Below, in pieces: positions 61,229-64,000 of a stretch of 64,000 nucleotides of DNA. The notes under the pieces were generated by a model, which saw only the letters and a program-made list of their open reading frames with translations, did not search any database and had not been told where the DNA came from. Positions within the stretch are counted from its first letter, which is position 1, and every line of letters starts with the position of its first letter. This stretch comes from an uncultured Phycisphaerales bacterium (lineage in GTDB: Bacteria; Planctomycetota; Phycisphaerae; Tepidisphaerales; Tepidisphaeraceae), in contig CAVWLP010000002.1 in the NCBI GenBank assembly GCA_963755915.1, positions 3,648,001 to 3,712,000 of the forward strand, given 5' to 3'. Made by a program: the position numbers and the translations under genes.

Positions 61229-64000
61229 CTAACGGTGCAGCCACAGCCTCAGCAAACCGAGCAGATGCGGCGTATCGACGGGCTTGGAAATATAATCCGA
61301 AGCCCCGGCTTCGATGCATTTCTCCCGGTCACCTTTCATCGCCTTCGCCGTCAGCGCGATGATCGGCAGGGCCCTGAATTTCGAAAGCTTCCGGATCGCA
61401 CGCATTGTGTCATATCCGTCCATGTCCGGCATCATAATGTCCATCAACACCAAGTCTATGTCGGGCGTGTGCTGCAAAAGCTCAATCGCCGCCCGGCCCG
61501 TCTCCGCCGAAACCACCTGCACCTGGTAGGGCTCAAGGATGCTGGTCATCGCGAAGATGTTTCGCACGTCGTCGTCGACCACAAGAACCTTCTTCCCCGC
61601 CAAAACCGATTCCGCCTGATGGAGATTGTTCAGAACCTGTCGGCGCTGATCGGTCATCTGCGCTACCGGCCTGTGCAGGAAGAGCGACACCGCGTCAAAC
61701 AACCGCTCCGGTGATCGCACGTCGCGCACCGCGCTCGTCTGCGCAAGCCGCTTGATGTGCAATTCCTCTTTACGCGTGTGCGACGCGGCCGAGTAAAGCA
61801 GGATCGGCAGATCCGCAAGTTTCGTCTGCTCGCGAATATCGTCGATCAGATCGAGCGATTTCGCGTCGGGCAGGTTCCATCCAAGCACCATCAGGTCGTA
61901 TTGGCCTTCGTTCAGTTCTTTGAGAGCGGCCGCACCATCGCCGACGGTGGCAACCTGCACATCCGGCCCGCCGATCAGCTCCATCAGTCCAGGGACTTCC
62001 GATTCTTCAGAAATCGCCAGGAGAAGCCGGCGGGTTGTTCCGGCCTGTCCGGCGCGGGAAATGTGCGCGAAAGCGTCGTCGAGCGATTCCTTGTTGCGGA
62101 TCGGCTTGGTCAGCACGCCAATCGCCCCCATGCGGAGCCCGCGGCCGCGTTCCTCATCTGTTGTGATGATGTGCACGGGAATGTGCCGTGTCACCAGATC
62201 ATCCTTCAGGCGGTCGAGCACGCGCCACCCGTCGATGTCAGGAAGGTTGATGTCGAGAGTGATGGCATGGGGCGAGATTTCCCGGGCCAGCGAAATCGCC
62301 GAGGCGCCGCGCGATGTCACCACGGCTTTCATTTGCCGTTCGTGGGCCATTTCAACCAGGATTCGCGCAAAGCTCGGATCGTTCTCGACAACCAGCAGCA
62401 CCTGGTCTCCGAGTCCAATCGATCCCGCGTCGTCGCCAAACTCCTCGACTTGCTGTGCCGGAGCCGATTCCACCGGCGCCAGCACGTCCGATTGCGCCGG
62501 CTCCGGTAGGGCGGTCGGCGCCGTTTCGCGCGGCGGGGCTTCCGCCGTCCGGCGAGCCGGTTTGAGCGGAACATACGCCTGCGGCAGGTAGAGCGTGAAC
62601 GTGCTCCCCACTCCCGGAACGCTGGTGAGCCGAATCTCGCCACCCAGCAACTGCGCCAGCTCGCGGCTGATCGCCAGACCCAATCCGGTCCCGCCGTATT
62701 TTCGGCTCGTGCTTCCGTCCGCCTGCTGGAAGGCCTCGAAAATAATCGCCTGCTTCTCCGCCGGAATACCGATTCCCGTATCCTTGACCGAGAACGTGAC
62801 GACCGACTTGGCCCGGTTGAGACTCTGGTTCTCCGAATTCCAGCCGCTCGTGGCCGTGCCGATTTCGAGCGTAACCGCGCCCTTTTCCGTGAACTTGAAC
62901 GCGTTGGACAGAAGATTCTTGAGAATCTGCTGCAGCCGCTTGGCGTCGGTATGCACGCCGCGCGGCAGCGCCGCGTCCGTTGCCACCCCAAACTCCAGTT
63001 TCTTCGCCTCGGCCACGTGGCGGAACGTGCGGTCGACGAAATCCTGAATGTCACGGAAGTTGGCGTCCCCGATATCGAGGATGACCGTCCCCGATTCGAT
63101 CTTCGAGAGATCCAGAATATCGTTGATCAGCCCCAGCAGATCGTTGCCGGCCGAATGAATCGTCCGCGAGAATTCCACCTGCCGGTCCGTCAGGTTCCCT
63201 TCCGAATTCTTTGATAGCTGGTCGGAAAGGATGAGCAAACTGTTCAGCGGCGTACGCAGCTCGTGCGACATGTTCGCCAAAAATTCGCTCTTATATTTCG
63301 AAGTCAGGGCAAGCTGCTTCGCCTTTTCTTCCAGCGCCTGCCTGGCCTGCTCCACTTCCTTGTTCTTCCGTTCCACTTCCACGTTCTGCTGCGCCAGCAG
63401 CTTGGCCTTGTCTTCCAGCTCGGCGTTGGTCTGCTGCAACTCTTCCTGCTGGCTCTGAAGCTCGCGCCAGAGACTGAGACTGCTTCAGCAGGTCTTCGGT
63501 TCTCATGTTCGCTTCGATGGTATTGAGCACGATGCCGATCGATTCCGTGAGCTGATCGAGGAATGTTTCGTGCGTCGGATTAAACCGGTCGAAGCTGGCA
63601 AGCTCCATGACCGCTTTCACATCCCCTTCGAACACGATCGGCAGCACGATAATGTTCAGCGGCCTTGCTTCACCGAGGCCCGACGTAATCTGGATATAGT
63701 TGCTCGGCACATTGGAGAGCAGAATCTTCTGCTTTTCTAACGCACACTGCCCGACCAGTCCTTCGCCCAGCTTGAATCGGTTGTCGATGTTCTTGCGTTC
63801 TTTGTACGCGTAGCTCGCCAGCAATTTGAGATACGGCTCGTCCGCCTTCTGCGAGCTGTCCATCATGTAAAACACCGCCTGCTGCGCCGAAACCACTGGT
63901 GCAAGCTCCGACAGAATCAGCCTGCCGACGGTCAGCAGATCCTTCTGCCCCTGAAGCATTCGGCTGAACTTGGCGAGATTCGTCTTGAGCCAGTCCTGCT
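61229..64000 (-). CDS. Large hybrid histidine kinase (GAF-HisKA-HATPase-3xREC); 5' end outside window; frameshift near 63465
   Basis: [43 protein letters not shown]; three receiver domains. Confidence 0.9.

Noticed and set aside
3113-63960. About a dozen frameshifts (LacI, prepilin, GH10, GH, kinases, HD-GYP, R-M, ctaD, poxB) as pseudogenes or programmed frameshifts
   Set aside because: Single-base indels spread evenly over unrelated, otherwise intact genes, with no in-frame stops or slippery motifs; most consistent with long-read error.

Overview
High-GC bacterial DNA with a Planctomycetota (Phycisphaerae/Tepidisphaerales-like) signature: LEPR-XLL proteins, PEP-CTERM proteins, and prepilin/H-X9-DG proteins. 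About a dozen single-base frameshifts in otherwise intact genes look like long-read errors. Left to right: (1) a type III CBASS core (CD-NTase, HORMA, TRIP13/Pch2) truncated at both ends; (2) a LacI-headed glycan locus (two PEP-CTERM proteins, a prepilin-like protein, GH10, a clan-A GH with dockerin-like tail, GH79); (3) a 1955-aa Ig-repeat surface protein, a hybrid kinase and an HD-GYP regulator; (4) a type IIG R-M gene next to an orphan tRNA 3' half; (5) a respiratory cluster (NDH-2, EmrAB-OMF pump, caa3-type oxidase with fused subunits I and III, Rieske plus cytochrome b-c, PoxB, a sigma54 activator); (6) the highlight at about 50.9-59.1 kb; (7) two hybrid kinases. The highlight is one co-oriented unit: a 27-codon leader ORF using 18 amino acids followed by alternative hairpins, an array of 28 tRNA genes covering all 20 amino acids (one tRNA-Arg has a ~164-nt D-loop hairpin insert), a small Gly-terminated ubiquitin-like candidate, four Y-RNA-like ncRNAs with a shared covarying motif and circularly permuted tRNA modules, a Ro60/TROVE-like vWA protein, an Arg-rich protein, an E2-like GICL protein and a ThiF/E1 enzyme. 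I infer a translation-stress-responsive tRNA/RNA quality-control system coupled to ubiquitin-like conjugation. All family assignments are from motif recognition, not database searches.
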